Assembly (NCBI GenBank): GCA_963674735.2
Contig: CAXXQS010000002.1
Span: forward strand, 1,792,001-1,856,000
Direction: 5' to 3'
Origin: Myxococcota bacterium
GTDB lineage: Bacteria; Myxococcota_A; SURF-8
Length of the DNA: 64,000 nt
The translations under genes and the position numbers were made by a program. A model generated the notes under the pieces. The model saw nothing but the letters and a program-made list of their open reading frames with translations, had not been told where the DNA came from and did no database searches. Positions 55,214 through 64,000 of this stretch are shown here, piece by piece. Every line of letters starts with the position of its first letter. Within the stretch, counting starts at the first letter, position 1.

Positions 55214-57631
55214 ATGAAACCAACTCTGTTCAAGGTTGCCGCTGCGGCTTTGCTGCTGGCATTTCTCGTCATGTTGGGCGCTTGCGATTCGGGTGGCGTA
55301 GACCCGGCTTTGCCCGACATCCCGGTTCCGGTCGACAAAAAGGAACTGAACGCCGAATGCAATCCGGGTGCGCCGTCTCTGGACGCCTTGTCCCCGGCCG
55401 GTCATGAAGCGGACGCCAGCCGCGCGGTTCTGCCCAACGGGCAAGCCATCACTCCGGCGGGAAAATGGCTGTTGACACGCAAATTCCCCTGGGGCCTGGC
55501 GCTGTCGAGCGACGGCACGCGGGCGTATGTGTCCAACGGCGACGGCATGGCGCTGCAGGTGATCGATCTGACGGGCGACGACCCGGTGCAGAAGCAGCTG
55601 TTGTCCATCAACGCCGCCCATGGCCTGGCGCTCACGGCCGACGACGCCACCTTGTACGTCTCGGGCGGTCCGGATGCGGATGTCAAGGTGCTGGATGTCA
55701 GCGGCGAAACGGCGACGGTGGTCAAGACCATTGCGCTGGAAGGCTATATTTCGGGTTTGGTTCTGAGCGCTGACGAGAGCACGCTCTATGGCCTGACGCC
55801 GACCCAGAGCCGTCTGTTCAAGGTGAACCTGTCCGACGACAGCTATACGGCCGCCACGGTGGGGCACTATCCCTACGATGTGGTGCTGACCGCCGACGGT
55901 GCGACGGCCTTCGTGTCCAACTGGGGGCGGTCGAGCGTTTCGGTGGTGGATACGGCGACCATGCAGGCGACCGACACTATCGAGGTGGAAAAAAATCCCG
56001 AGGGCATGGCGCTGGTGGAAGACGGGGCTTACCTGATGGTGACCAACTCCGATTCGGATTCGATCAGCATCATCGACGTGGCCGCGCTGACGGTGGTCGA
56101 GACGCTCGACCTCGATCCCGATCTGCCGGAGCTGAAGGCCTGGTCGCCCAATGCGGTGGTGGTCCATCCGGCCGCCGACGCGCACCGTGCCTACGTGGCT
56201 TCGGCCGACCACAACGCCATCGAAGTGATCGACACCGCCACCTGGGATATTCTGGGGTCCATTCCCACCGCCTGGTATCCGGTGCGTCTGGCCATGACGG
56301 CGGACGGCTCCCAGCTGGCGCTGGTCAATGCCAAGGGCTGGGGTTCGCGCACCGATCAGGCGACCAGCCACGGCATCTACGGGTTGTTCCAGATTCTCGA
56401 CACCCCCGCCAACCAGACGGAACTCGAAGGACACACGCGGCGGGTGAACGACAACAACGATATCGTGTTGGGTTTCTACCCGGATAACGATTGCGACAAT
56501 CGGGTGCCGGTGCCGCTCAACGAAGACGAGCGCTCGGTGATCGAACATATCGTGTTGATCGTGAAGGAAAACAAAACCTACGATCAGATTCTGGGCGATC
56601 TGGTGGGCGACGAGGGCGACGACTGGCACGACCCCGAATTGACCATGTTCGGGGAAACGGTGACGCCCAACGGCCACGCCATTGCGCGCCGCTGGGTGGA
56701 CATGGTGAATTTCTACTGCGACAGCGAGGTGTCGTTGCAGGGCCACATGTGGACCACCCAGGCCGATTGCAACGATTACACGGAAAAGCTGCGTTACGAC
56801 CGCTATCCCATCACGGGTGTCGATCCGGCCACCATCACCGAAAACGGTTCGATCTTCACACATCTGGACGACAACGGCATCAATTTCCGGGTTTACGGCG
56901 AAGTGGTCAATTTCGCCTTTGACGAACTGGAGAAATGGCGCGACAAGATCGATCTGAAGTACCCCTTCTGGTCCCAGGGCGTCACCGATGTGGCGAAGGC
57001 CACCGAGGTGATTCGCGAGTGGGATCTGGCGGTGGAAACCGGCGACGAGCGGCTCTTCCCGCCCTTCATCTACATCGTGTTGCCCAACGATCACAACTTC
57101 GGCAACAAGCCGGGCAAACCCACGCCGTCCACCATGGTGGCGGATAACGATCACGGGATGGGCATGCTGCTGGACTGGCTGAGCCATTCGCCGTTCTGGG
57201 AGAAAACGCTGTTCATCGCCATCGAGGACGATGCGCAATCGGGCTTCGATCATCTCGACCCGCACCGCTCGGTGTTCTTCGTGGCCAGCCCCTGGGTGAA
57301 GCGCGGCTTGTTGAGCGAGGTGCATTACTCGATTCCGTCGATCTATCGCACCATGGATCTGATCTTCGGAATTCCGACTTTGAACAAAAACACCTACATG
57401 GCACCGCCGATTCTGGATATCTTCACCGACGAGCCCGATTACACGCCCTACGAGGCCATCGTCCCCGATGTGCCGTATGAGATCGTGCCGGAAGATTCGC
57501 GGATTGCCCCGGAGTTGGAGGAGCACGACTGGTCGTTCTTCGACGGCAAGAAGGGGCTGGAGCATGTGCTGTGGCGGATGACCAAGGGCGACAAGCCGAT
57601 TCCGTCTTACGCCAAGTGGCTGGACGAGTAG
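55214..57631 (+). CDS. Lipoprotein: YVTN beta-propeller + phosphoesterase/alkaline-phosphatase-like domain
   Basis: Lipobox LGAC; (Y/F)VSN/MVTN repeats; IVKENKTYDQILGD, TPN.H, LPNDH, ADND, EDDAQ.G.DH.D.HRS. Confidence 0.85.
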   Translation: MKPTLFKVAAAALLLAFLVMLGACDSGGVDPALPDIPVPVDKKELNAECNPGAPSLDALSPAGHEADASRAVLPNGQAITPAGKWLLTRKFPWGLALSSDGTRAYVSNGDGMALQVIDLTGDDPVQKQLLSINAAHGLALTADDATLYVSGGPDADVKVLDVSGETATVVKTIALEGYISGLVLSADESTLYGLTPTQSRLFKVNLSDDSYTAATVGHYPYDVVLTADGATAFVSNWGRSSVSVVDTATMQATDTIEVEKNPEGMALVEDGAYLMVTNSDSDSISIIDVAALTVVETLDLDPDLPELKAWSPNAVVVHPAADAHRAYVASADHNAIEVIDTATWDILGSIPTAWYPVRLAMTADGSQLALVNAKGWGSRTDQATSHGIYGLFQILDTPANQTELEGHTRRVNDNNDIVLGFYPDNDCDNRVPVPLNEDERSVIEHIVLIVKENKTYDQILGDLVGDEGDDWHDPELTMFGETVTPNGHAIARRWVDMVNFYCDSEVSLQGHMWTTQADCNDYTEKLRYDRYPITGVDPATITENGSIFTHLDDNGINFRVYGEVVNFAFDELEKWRDKIDLKYPFWSQGVTDVAKATEVIREWDLAVETGDERLFPPFIYIVLPNDHNFGNKPGKPTPSTMVADNDHGMGMLLDWLSHSPFWEKTLFIAIEDDAQSGFDHLDPHRSVFFVASPWVKRGLLSEVHYSIPSIYRTMDLIFGIPTLNKNTYMAPPILDIFTDEPDYTPYEAIVPDVPYEIVPEDSRIAPELEEHDWSFFDGKKGLEHVLWRMTKGDKPIPSYAKWLDE

Positions 57632-57643
57632 GAGGTTCAGAAT

Positions 57644-59392
57644 ATGAAAACACGTAATCAACACGCTTGGTTCTGGCTGGTCGCGCTGATGCTTCTGCTC
57701 GTAACGGGATGCGGCGGTGGTGGCGGGACGGATGTGGACGGCGATCTGGATAGCGCGCCCGACGGCGACACGGACGGGGATGATCCCGACGGCGATACCG
57801 ACGGAGATGACCCCGATGGCGACAGCGACGGCGACGCGGAGGGCGAAGAACCGCCCGACGTGGAAGAGTTGGTGGAACAGGGCTATTTCTGGCTGGAGAA
57901 CGGCGAAGCGGCCTTCGCCGCCGACATCTTCGCCGAGGCCTTCGCCGTCGTCCCGGACGATCAACGCGTGCGCTTCGGCTACGCGTTGTCCGAATCGATG
58001 GTGGGTTTCGAACTCCTGTTCGATGTGGCACTGGGTGCCATGGCGGGCCAGCTCAGTTCGAAGCCCGTCGAGATGGGCCCCGATGGGCCGGTCTGGAAGG
58101 ACGGAGACGACAGCCTCAACGAATGGTTCGATGAAACCCTGCAACAGGTTTTCTCGCTGATCAATAACCAGTTCCTGTTCGCGGTGGAATTGTATGCGCC
58201 GCTCAAAGAGACGGGCGGGGTGTCGATCACCGTCAACAAGATTCCGTTCTACCTGGCCATGCAGCACGAATCGTGGATCCAGGGCGAAATCGACGACGCC
58301 GATGTTTACATGTTCGACGGCATCGCGCGCCTGATGGCCGGGCTGTTCGAATTTTTGCAGGCGCACGGCCTGGAAACCGATCTCGGGACGGCCATCAGCG
58401 TGGGAGCGGAGCTGGTCAAGGGCGACGCCAATCTGCAGAGCATCCTGGGGCTGGTGACGTTCCTGCTCAACGCCAACGACGGTTTCCTGGATTTCAACGC
58501 GGAAGGAAGCGCCCGCATCGCCAACAGCCGCGCGTTGTTGGTCGGCGCTTTGGACGACCTGCTCTTGGCGGCGGCGGCGGCCGAAGCCGAGCTGGAAACC
58601 GACCGCGATCAGAGCGACGACATCTTCGTGGTGGAAGATGACGACGGAATCAGCATGAGAATGAACCTGTGGAGCTGGGAAACGGACGACGAGAGCGGCG
58701 AGCCCGTGGCCGATTTGACCGAACTGACCTTGATCGAGCCGTCGGTGCTGGTGGCGGCCAGCGAAGTCAAAGCGCAGATCGAAAACGGCGGCGACGCCCT
58801 GCCGTTCTCCACCCACTACATTCCCTTGGTGAGCGCGGCGGCCATCGTACCCATCGGGTTCGGCCTGCTCGAGGCTTTCGGGGTCGATCTCGGATTGGAT
58901 ATCGCCATCGTGTCGCCGTCGGTTTTGGCGGGCTTGATCGGCACCTTCGTTAATCTCGACGTGGTGGCCCTCGATCTGAACGCCTACTACGCCGACCCGG
59001 TTCCGCTCAGGGACATGCTGCCCGAGTGGACGACCGACCGGGGTACCTGGGACAACATGCTGATCATGGAATGGGAATGTCCGGCGGAACTGGATGACGA
59101 CGTGCCCGATGGCGCGGGCGGCTTGCTGTGCGCCGGTGGCGACGAGACCCTCGTCGATGCGGAGCATTTCAAGGACACACCCTATGAAATTCCGCTCGAC
59201 GACAAGTTGCTGGGAACCCCCTACATCGCTTTCCGCGATCCCACTTTCGGCGGCATGCTGTACGTGGACGTGGAAGCGCTGGATCTGGACGGCTACGACG
59301 ATGACGCACGCTGGGTTCCGGCGGATCAATTCAACCTCAATGCGGCGCTGGGCAAGATTCTGGCGCGCATCGGGAGCCTGATCGGAGACTGA
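57644..59392 (+). CDS. Acidic hypothetical lipoprotein with DGD repeats
   Basis: RBS GGAGG, lipobox VTGC, DGD-repeat linker (57730-57840). Confidence 0.8.
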   Translation: MKTRNQHAWFWLVALMLLLVTGCGGGGGTDVDGDLDSAPDGDTDGDDPDGDTDGDDPDGDSDGDAEGEEPPDVEELVEQGYFWLENGEAAFAADIFAEAFAVVPDDQRVRFGYALSESMVGFELLFDVALGAMAGQLSSKPVEMGPDGPVWKDGDDSLNEWFDETLQQVFSLINNQFLFAVELYAPLKETGGVSITVNKIPFYLAMQHESWIQGEIDDADVYMFDGIARLMAGLFEFLQAHGLETDLGTAISVGAELVKGDANLQSILGLVTFLLNANDGFLDFNAEGSARIANSRALLVGALDDLLLAAAAAEAELETDRDQSDDIFVVEDDDGISMRMNLWSWETDDESGEPVADLTELTLIEPSVLVAASEVKAQIENGGDALPFSTHYIPLVSAAAIVPIGFGLLEAFGVDLGLDIAIVSPSVLAGLIGTFVNLDVVALDLNAYYADPVPLRDMLPEWTTDRGTWDNMLIMEWECPAELDDDVPDGAGGLLCAGGDETLVDAEHFKDTPYEIPLDDKLLGTPYIAFRDPTFGGMLYVDVEALDLDGYDDDARWVPADQFNLNAALGKILARIGSLIGD

Positions 59393-59422
59393 CTGATCGC
59401 GCGTTGTTGAAATTTTCAACCG

Positions 59423-59464
59423 ACAAGCCCCGTGGCGCAACTGATACGCACGGGGCTTGTTTTT
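59423..59464 (+). terminator. Rho-independent terminator
   Basis: ACAAGCCCCGTG...CACGGGGCTTGT followed by T-tract. Confidence 0.8.
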
Positions 59465-59492
59465 CAAAGAGACTTTTTTCGCGGGAGATAGC

Positions 59493-61337
59493 GTGACGGA
59501 CGGGATAGCGGGTTTCATTCGGTCGTATTTCAATCGGGACTTTTTCCGATATCTGGTTGCGGGGGGCAGCGCCGCGCTGGTCAACTGGACGGTTTTTTTC
59601 GTCTGCTTTCACCTGCTGGGATTGTCGTACGTGCTGTCGGGCGTCGCGGCCTTTGTAATTGCGTGGACGGTCAACACCGCCATCACGGTGCGCTATGTCT
59701 TTCACAAGCGCGACCGTTTCGCCTTTCAAACCAGCCTGCTTCTGATGCTGATCGTCAGCCTGATCGGCGCGCTGCTGGATGTCTCGTTGCTGGGAGTGTT
59801 TTACAAGACGGTCGGCGTGCCCGCCATGCTTTCCAAGGTGATCGCCTCGGGGCTGGTGCTGGGTTGGAACTACACCGCCCGCAAATACTTCATCTACAGC
59901 CCCAGTGCGGACGGCCCCGCCGAAGCCCCCGGCGATGCGGTGTTCGATTCCTTCTTTGCGCGTTTGCGCGGCTCGTTCATCGGACGCCACGCCGCCTGGC
60001 TTCTTCTGCTGGCCGTGTTTGCAGGCGGACTGCTCGGGGTGCAGCTTTATCTGGACGCCCAAACGCCGTCCCATGGCTGGAACGAAATTCTGCCGGGCAC
60101 CGACGCCCACGAGTACCACCGCTTCGCCTACAATCTGTCCAAGGGGCGCGCCTATTCCTACGAGGTGCCGCGTCACGACCGGGCGGCCATGTTTGCCCCG
60201 CTGCTCGATGAAAACGGAGCGCTCAAGCCCCATTTCGCCGCACTCGAACGCTTCGTGGTGGACAAACCCGACGACGCTTTGGCCCCGACGGCTGCGCGCT
60301 CACCCGGTTTCCCCTGGTTTTTGGCCGCTACCTACGCGGTGATGGGAGAAAACGGAGTGGCGGCCATGCGCGTGATTCAGTGCCTGGTGGCCGGTCTGGC
60401 CGCGTGCCTGGTGCTGTTGGCGGCGGGTCGTATCCGGCGCGGGCTGTTTGTGGCGGTGGCGTTGGGGGGCTTTGTCTTCAACGACCTGATTTATGAATTT
60501 TGCGCCCAGATTCTCACCGACGCCTGGGCGGTGTTGTGGCTGGGGCTGGCCTTCGTGCTGGCGGCGGCCAATACCAAACGGCGGCTGTGGCTGGACGCCC
60601 TGGCGGGGGCCGTTTTGGCTTTCGATCTATTAGTGCGCCCCAATCACGGTTTGATTCTGCCTTTCTACGGCCTGTTCATCTTGTGGGAAACGCCCGGCTG
60701 GACGGACAAGTTCAAGCGCGGGGCGGTTTTCGGCGTGGCGTTTGCCCTGGTTCTAACCCCTTGGGTCGTCCGCAACTACGCTCAGTTCGACGCCTTCGTG
60801 CCCTTCTCGACTCAAGGCGGACAAACCCTGGCCACCTACAACTGCGATGCCGCCTACGCGCGGCGCGGCAACTGGGGCGGAAAAATATCCCCCGAGGTGC
60901 AGGCCGACCTGGCGAAAATCAGCAACCCCATCGAGCGGCAGGCCTATTTCGTCAACCATTTCAAAGCCTGGGTGACAAACAATCCGGGCAAGATGGCCGA
61001 GATGGTGGGCTGGCGCACGTTGACCGCCTGGTTTTCGGGGCTTTACTCCATCGCCGATCAGGAATTCCGCCTGCGGCGTTTGCCCCTGACCCTGGTGTTG
61101 ATCTTCCTGCCCTTCGGACTGTGGTTCGGGCGGCGCGAACGCTGGGTACGCATCGCCTTTCTGTACCTGCTGGCCTATCAGATCAACTCCTGGCTGTTTA
61201 CCGGGCAGGTGCGCTACCTGATCCACTACCAGGTGGTGCTGGTGTTGTTGGCCGCACGTGGAGTGGTGGGGGTGCTGAATCCGTCGGCCGTTACCGGCTG
61301 GGGGAACTCTGTTGCCGACAAGGAGGGACAGCCATGA
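59493..61337 (+). CDS. GtrA-like domain fused to GT-C (ArnT/PMT-like) glycosyltransferase
   Basis: FFRYLVAG..A..VN..F..KVIA..WNY..RKYFIY, then DAHEY, RSPGFPWFLA, ILTD, LVRP, PWVVRNY, RY. Confidence 0.78.
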   Translation: MTDGIAGFIRSYFNRDFFRYLVAGGSAALVNWTVFFVCFHLLGLSYVLSGVAAFVIAWTVNTAITVRYVFHKRDRFAFQTSLLLMLIVSLIGALLDVSLLGVFYKTVGVPAMLSKVIASGLVLGWNYTARKYFIYSPSADGPAEAPGDAVFDSFFARLRGSFIGRHAAWLLLLAVFAGGLLGVQLYLDAQTPSHGWNEILPGTDAHEYHRFAYNLSKGRAYSYEVPRHDRAAMFAPLLDENGALKPHFAALERFVVDKPDDALAPTAARSPGFPWFLAATYAVMGENGVAAMRVIQCLVAGLAACLVLLAAGRIRRGLFVAVALGGFVFNDLIYEFCAQILTDAWAVLWLGLAFVLAAANTKRRLWLDALAGAVLAFDLLVRPNHGLILPFYGLFILWETPGWTDKFKRGAVFGVAFALVLTPWVVRNYAQFDAFVPFSTQGGQTLATYNCDAAYARRGNWGGKISPEVQADLAKISNPIERQAYFVNHFKAWVTNNPGKMAEMVGWRTLTAWFSGLYSIADQEFRLRRLPLTLVLIFLPFGLWFGRRERWVRIAFLYLLAYQINSWLFTGQVRYLIHYQVVLVLLAARGVVGVLNPSAVTGWGNSVADKEGQP

Positions 61338-62302
61338 CGAATCCGGTCGAACGATCCGCCGCCGACGAGCGGGTGTGGCGCAGCGGCCACGGCGTGACGG
61401 TGTTGATTCCCTGTTACAATGAAGCCGTGACCATCGCCAAGGTGATCGAGGATTTCAAGCGCGAACTGCCCGCCGCCGAAATCGTGGTGTACGACAACAA
61501 CTCGACCGACGACACCGCGCGTATCGCTCGCGAACACGGGGCCACGGTACGGCGCGAGGTGCGTCAGGGAAAGGGCTTCGTGATCGCCGGGATGTTCCGG
61601 CGCGAACTGGCCGACTATTTCGTGATGGTGGACGGCGACGATACCTACGAGGCCGCCAGCGTGCACGACCTGCTGCGGCCGGTGGTGGAGGGCGATGCCG
61701 ACATGACCGTGGGGGCACGGCTCAAAGAATTCAGCGAGACGTCTTTCCGGCGCTTTCACGTTTTCGGCAACAACCTGGTGCGCTCGTTGATCAACACCAT
61801 CTTTCGCAGCGATCTGACCGACATTATGTCGGGTTATCGCGCCTATACCGCCGAGGTGGCCCAGTGCACGCCCGTGGTGGCTTCCGGTTTCGAGGTCGAA
61901 ACCGAAATGACCTTGCAGATGCTGTATCATCATTTCGTGATCAAGGAAGTGACCACGCCCTATCGCGAGCGCCCGGCGGGCAGCTACTCGAAGCTCAACA
62001 CCTTTTCCGACGGTATCCGCGTGATTTTCAAAATTCTGGGTATCTTCAAATCGGCCAAACCGCTGACCTTTTTCGGACTGATCGGGATTTTCTTTTTCCT
62101 GATCGGGATGATGCTGGGGGCGGTGGTGATTTACGAATACCTGGTTTACAGCTACATCTTCCGCGTTCCCACCGCGATTCTGGCGGCCAGCTGCGTGCTG
62201 CTGTCGTTTTTCTCGGTGAGCGTGGGACTTATCCTGCACACGGTGAATTTTCGCATGAAGGAACTATACGATGTTCTACGCAAAATGCACCGTGCGCCCT
62301 GA
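61334..62302 (+). CDS. GT2 polyprenyl-phosphate glycosyltransferase (GtrB/Dpm1-like)
   Basis: VLIPCYNE, YDNNSTD, QGKG, VDGDDTY, DIMSGYR, GFEVETE, SKL, two C-terminal TM; ATGA overlap with upstream gene. Confidence 0.92.
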   Translation: MTNPVERSAADERVWRSGHGVTVLIPCYNEAVTIAKVIEDFKRELPAAEIVVYDNNSTDDTARIAREHGATVRREVRQGKGFVIAGMFRRELADYFVMVDGDDTYEAASVHDLLRPVVEGDADMTVGARLKEFSETSFRRFHVFGNNLVRSLINTIFRSDLTDIMSGYRAYTAEVAQCTPVVASGFEVETEMTLQMLYHHFVIKEVTTPYRERPAGSYSKLNTFSDGIRVIFKILGIFKSAKPLTFFGLIGIFFFLIGMMLGAVVIYEYLVYSYIFRVPTAILAASCVLLSFFSVSVGLILHTVNFRMKELYDVLRKMHRAP

Positions 62303-62390
62303 GCGGGGGGGGGGCGAACGGCGGTGGTGGTAAATCTGGGCCGGGTGCGCGGCCGGGAATGAACGCCTCCCCACGCACCCGACGCAACGG

Positions 62391-62549
62391 CTAAAAGAGG
62401 GCGTAGATAAACGGCGCCAAGGCTGAGCTTTCGGTAAACACGATCAGCGCACCCAAGAGCAGCAGCATCAGAATAATCGGCGCGAGCCAGAATTTTTTAC
62501 GAACTTTGAGGAACCCCCAGAGTTCTTTTACGATGGAAACGGAACCCAT
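62391..62549 (-). CDS. DUF5989-family small membrane protein (52 aa; absent from the ORF track)
   Basis: MGSVSIVKELWGFLKVRKKFWLAPIILMLLLLGALIVFTESSALAPFIYALF; RBS AAGGA. Confidence 0.88.
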   Translation of the reverse strand: MGSVSIVKELWGFLKVRKKFWLAPIILMLLLLGALIVFTESSALAPFIYALF

Positions 62550-62645
62550 GGTTATCACATCCTTTGTTTTTCAAACGCTCGATATTCCTGATATACCTTA
62601 TCTGTAGGGTAATCGGCAACCCTTTTTACTCTGGAAATAAGAGCC

Positions 62646-63929
62646 ATGTGTGCCGCTTCATCATTCCGAAAAACATTCAACGCCGCCGAAACCGGTTCCG
62701 ACCGGCCGCGTATTGCCTATCTCACCACCTATTTTCCGGGCTTGACCGAGACCGCCGTCATCAAAGAGATGTATGAAGTGGACCGCAGCGGGTTGGCGGT
62801 GGAAGTGGTGGCCCTGCGCGGTGAGTACGACGGCGTATTCGATGAAAAAGCCTTGCGCTTCAAGGATGTTACCCAGCATTTTGACCGGCGTGCGCTGTTG
62901 CGTGGGTGGCTTGAACACAGCCGCTTGCTGGCCCGGGCGGATCGTCGCTACCTCGCTATTTTGCGGCAGGTGGCCACCGAGAGCGGGTCGGCGATTTTGG
63001 CTGCCAAGAATTTCGCCGCCGTGTTATTCGGTCTGGCTTTCATGCGCGGGTTTGAAAAACGGGGCCTGCGCTATCTGCACGCCAATTTCGGCACCTATCA
63101 GGCCACCAGCGCCTGGGCGATCCACCGCCTGACGGGCATTCCCTACGGCTTTACCGTTCACGCCCACGAAATTTTCGTTTCACCCTCCCTGATGCGCGCC
63201 AAACTGGCCGACGCCGCTTTGCCGGTGACGATTTCCGACTATAATATCCACTACATGCGCGAGCGACTGGGCTTGTCCACCGAACGCGTCGAGCGCATCC
63301 GCTGCGGGGTGGATCTGTCGCAGATTCCGTTTTCCGCGCGTCCGAAACGCGACATACCCTTGATTCTGGGCGTGGCGCGCCTCGATCTGATGAAGGGCTT
63401 CGAATTCCTCATCGACGCGGCGGGGATTTTGAAGACCCGCGGGATTCAAACGGAAATCGAGATTATCGGCCGTGACGACGGCGGACGCATGGCCGCCTTG
63501 CAGGCCCGCGCCGAAAAAGCCGGGGTGGCGGAGGTTCTGACGCTTCCAGGCGTGGTGTCCCAGGACGAATTATGGGCCGCCTATCGACGCGCGTCCATCT
63601 TCGCCTTGCCCTGCATCACCGCCCCCGACGGCGCGCAGGATGGGGTTCCGGCCACGTTGATGGAGGCCATGGCGGCGGGCGTCCCCACGGTGAGTGCGCG
63701 GACCAGCGGCATTCCCGAGCTGGTAGTGCATGGTGAAACCGGTCTTCTGGCCGACCCCGAAGACGCGGCGGGTCTGGCGGATCAACTGCAACGGCTCATC
63801 CGGGAACCGGCGTTGGCTGCGCGTCTGGCCGAGGCCGGACGCGAGAAAGTGGCGCGGGAATACGATAGCGCCGCCAATGCCCGGCAACTCGCCGCCCGCA
63901 TCCGCGCCGTGATCGAGCAGAATCACTAG
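62646..63929 (+). CDS. GT4 glycosyltransferase (WcaL-like)
   Basis: IAYL...FP...ET, FTVHAH, CGVD, VARL..KG, DGVP..LMEAMA.G, SGIPELV. Confidence 0.9.
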   Translation: MCAASSFRKTFNAAETGSDRPRIAYLTTYFPGLTETAVIKEMYEVDRSGLAVEVVALRGEYDGVFDEKALRFKDVTQHFDRRALLRGWLEHSRLLARADRRYLAILRQVATESGSAILAAKNFAAVLFGLAFMRGFEKRGLRYLHANFGTYQATSAWAIHRLTGIPYGFTVHAHEIFVSPSLMRAKLADAALPVTISDYNIHYMRERLGLSTERVERIRCGVDLSQIPFSARPKRDIPLILGVARLDLMKGFEFLIDAAGILKTRGIQTEIEIIGRDDGGRMAALQARAEKAGVAEVLTLPGVVSQDELWAAYRRASIFALPCITAPDGAQDGVPATLMEAMAAGVPTVSARTSGIPELVVHGETGLLADPEDAAGLADQLQRLIREPALAARLAEAGREKVAREYDSAANARQLAARIRAVIEQNH

Positions 63930-64000
63930 CCTTCCGGCCGATCCTCTCCCGCTTATTCCCGGTCAACATTCCGATTGGTTTCGATTGTGATGTGAGGAAA

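Noticed and set aside
55187-59584. 1465-aa minus-strand ORF
   Set aside because: Antisense shadow of two well-supported plus-strand lipoprotein genes.
60500-61333. N-terminal extension of the GT2 (600-aa ORF)
   Set aside because: Out-of-frame overlap with the GtrA/GT-C gene; real start is 61334.

Overview
64-kb window of a high-GC bacterial chromosome. Gene content (DGD-repeat lipoproteins, GYF_2-like proteins, Cys-rich Sel1 protein, DmxA-like cyclase) suggests a Myxococcota/'deltaproteobacterial' lineage, which is an inference. In order: 3' half of a complex I operon (nuoF,G,J,K,L,M,N; no nuoH/I); a low-GC orphan gene flanked by repeats; tolC-hypothetical-xerD; two GYF_2-like membrane proteins; an apparently inactive lipase lipoprotein; a Sel1-like Cys-repeat protein; a lone sigma28 flagellin; a ~17-kb minus-strand run with a full heme pathway (hemE,N,H,Y,A,C,D,L,B), an embedded OmpR-type two-component system, an O-antigen-ligase/TPR protein and a MurI-MurD fusion; a Cys-less TlpA/ExbBD/Memo/diguanylate cyclase run; a GAF histidine kinase and receiver; lepB; SprT; Smr; DUF362/polyferredoxin; hydrolases; and a GtrA-fusion glycosylation locus. 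Best leads: (i) a ~182-bp MITE in two copies with TIRs, site-specific TSDs and an internal REP-like doublet; (ii) a ~550-bp non-coding element in two diverged, inverted copies with exact 18- and 20-bp cores; (iii) the MurI-MurD fusion and hem-TCS operon. No rRNA, tRNA or CRISPR array was recognised. All calls come from reading motifs by eye; no database search was run.
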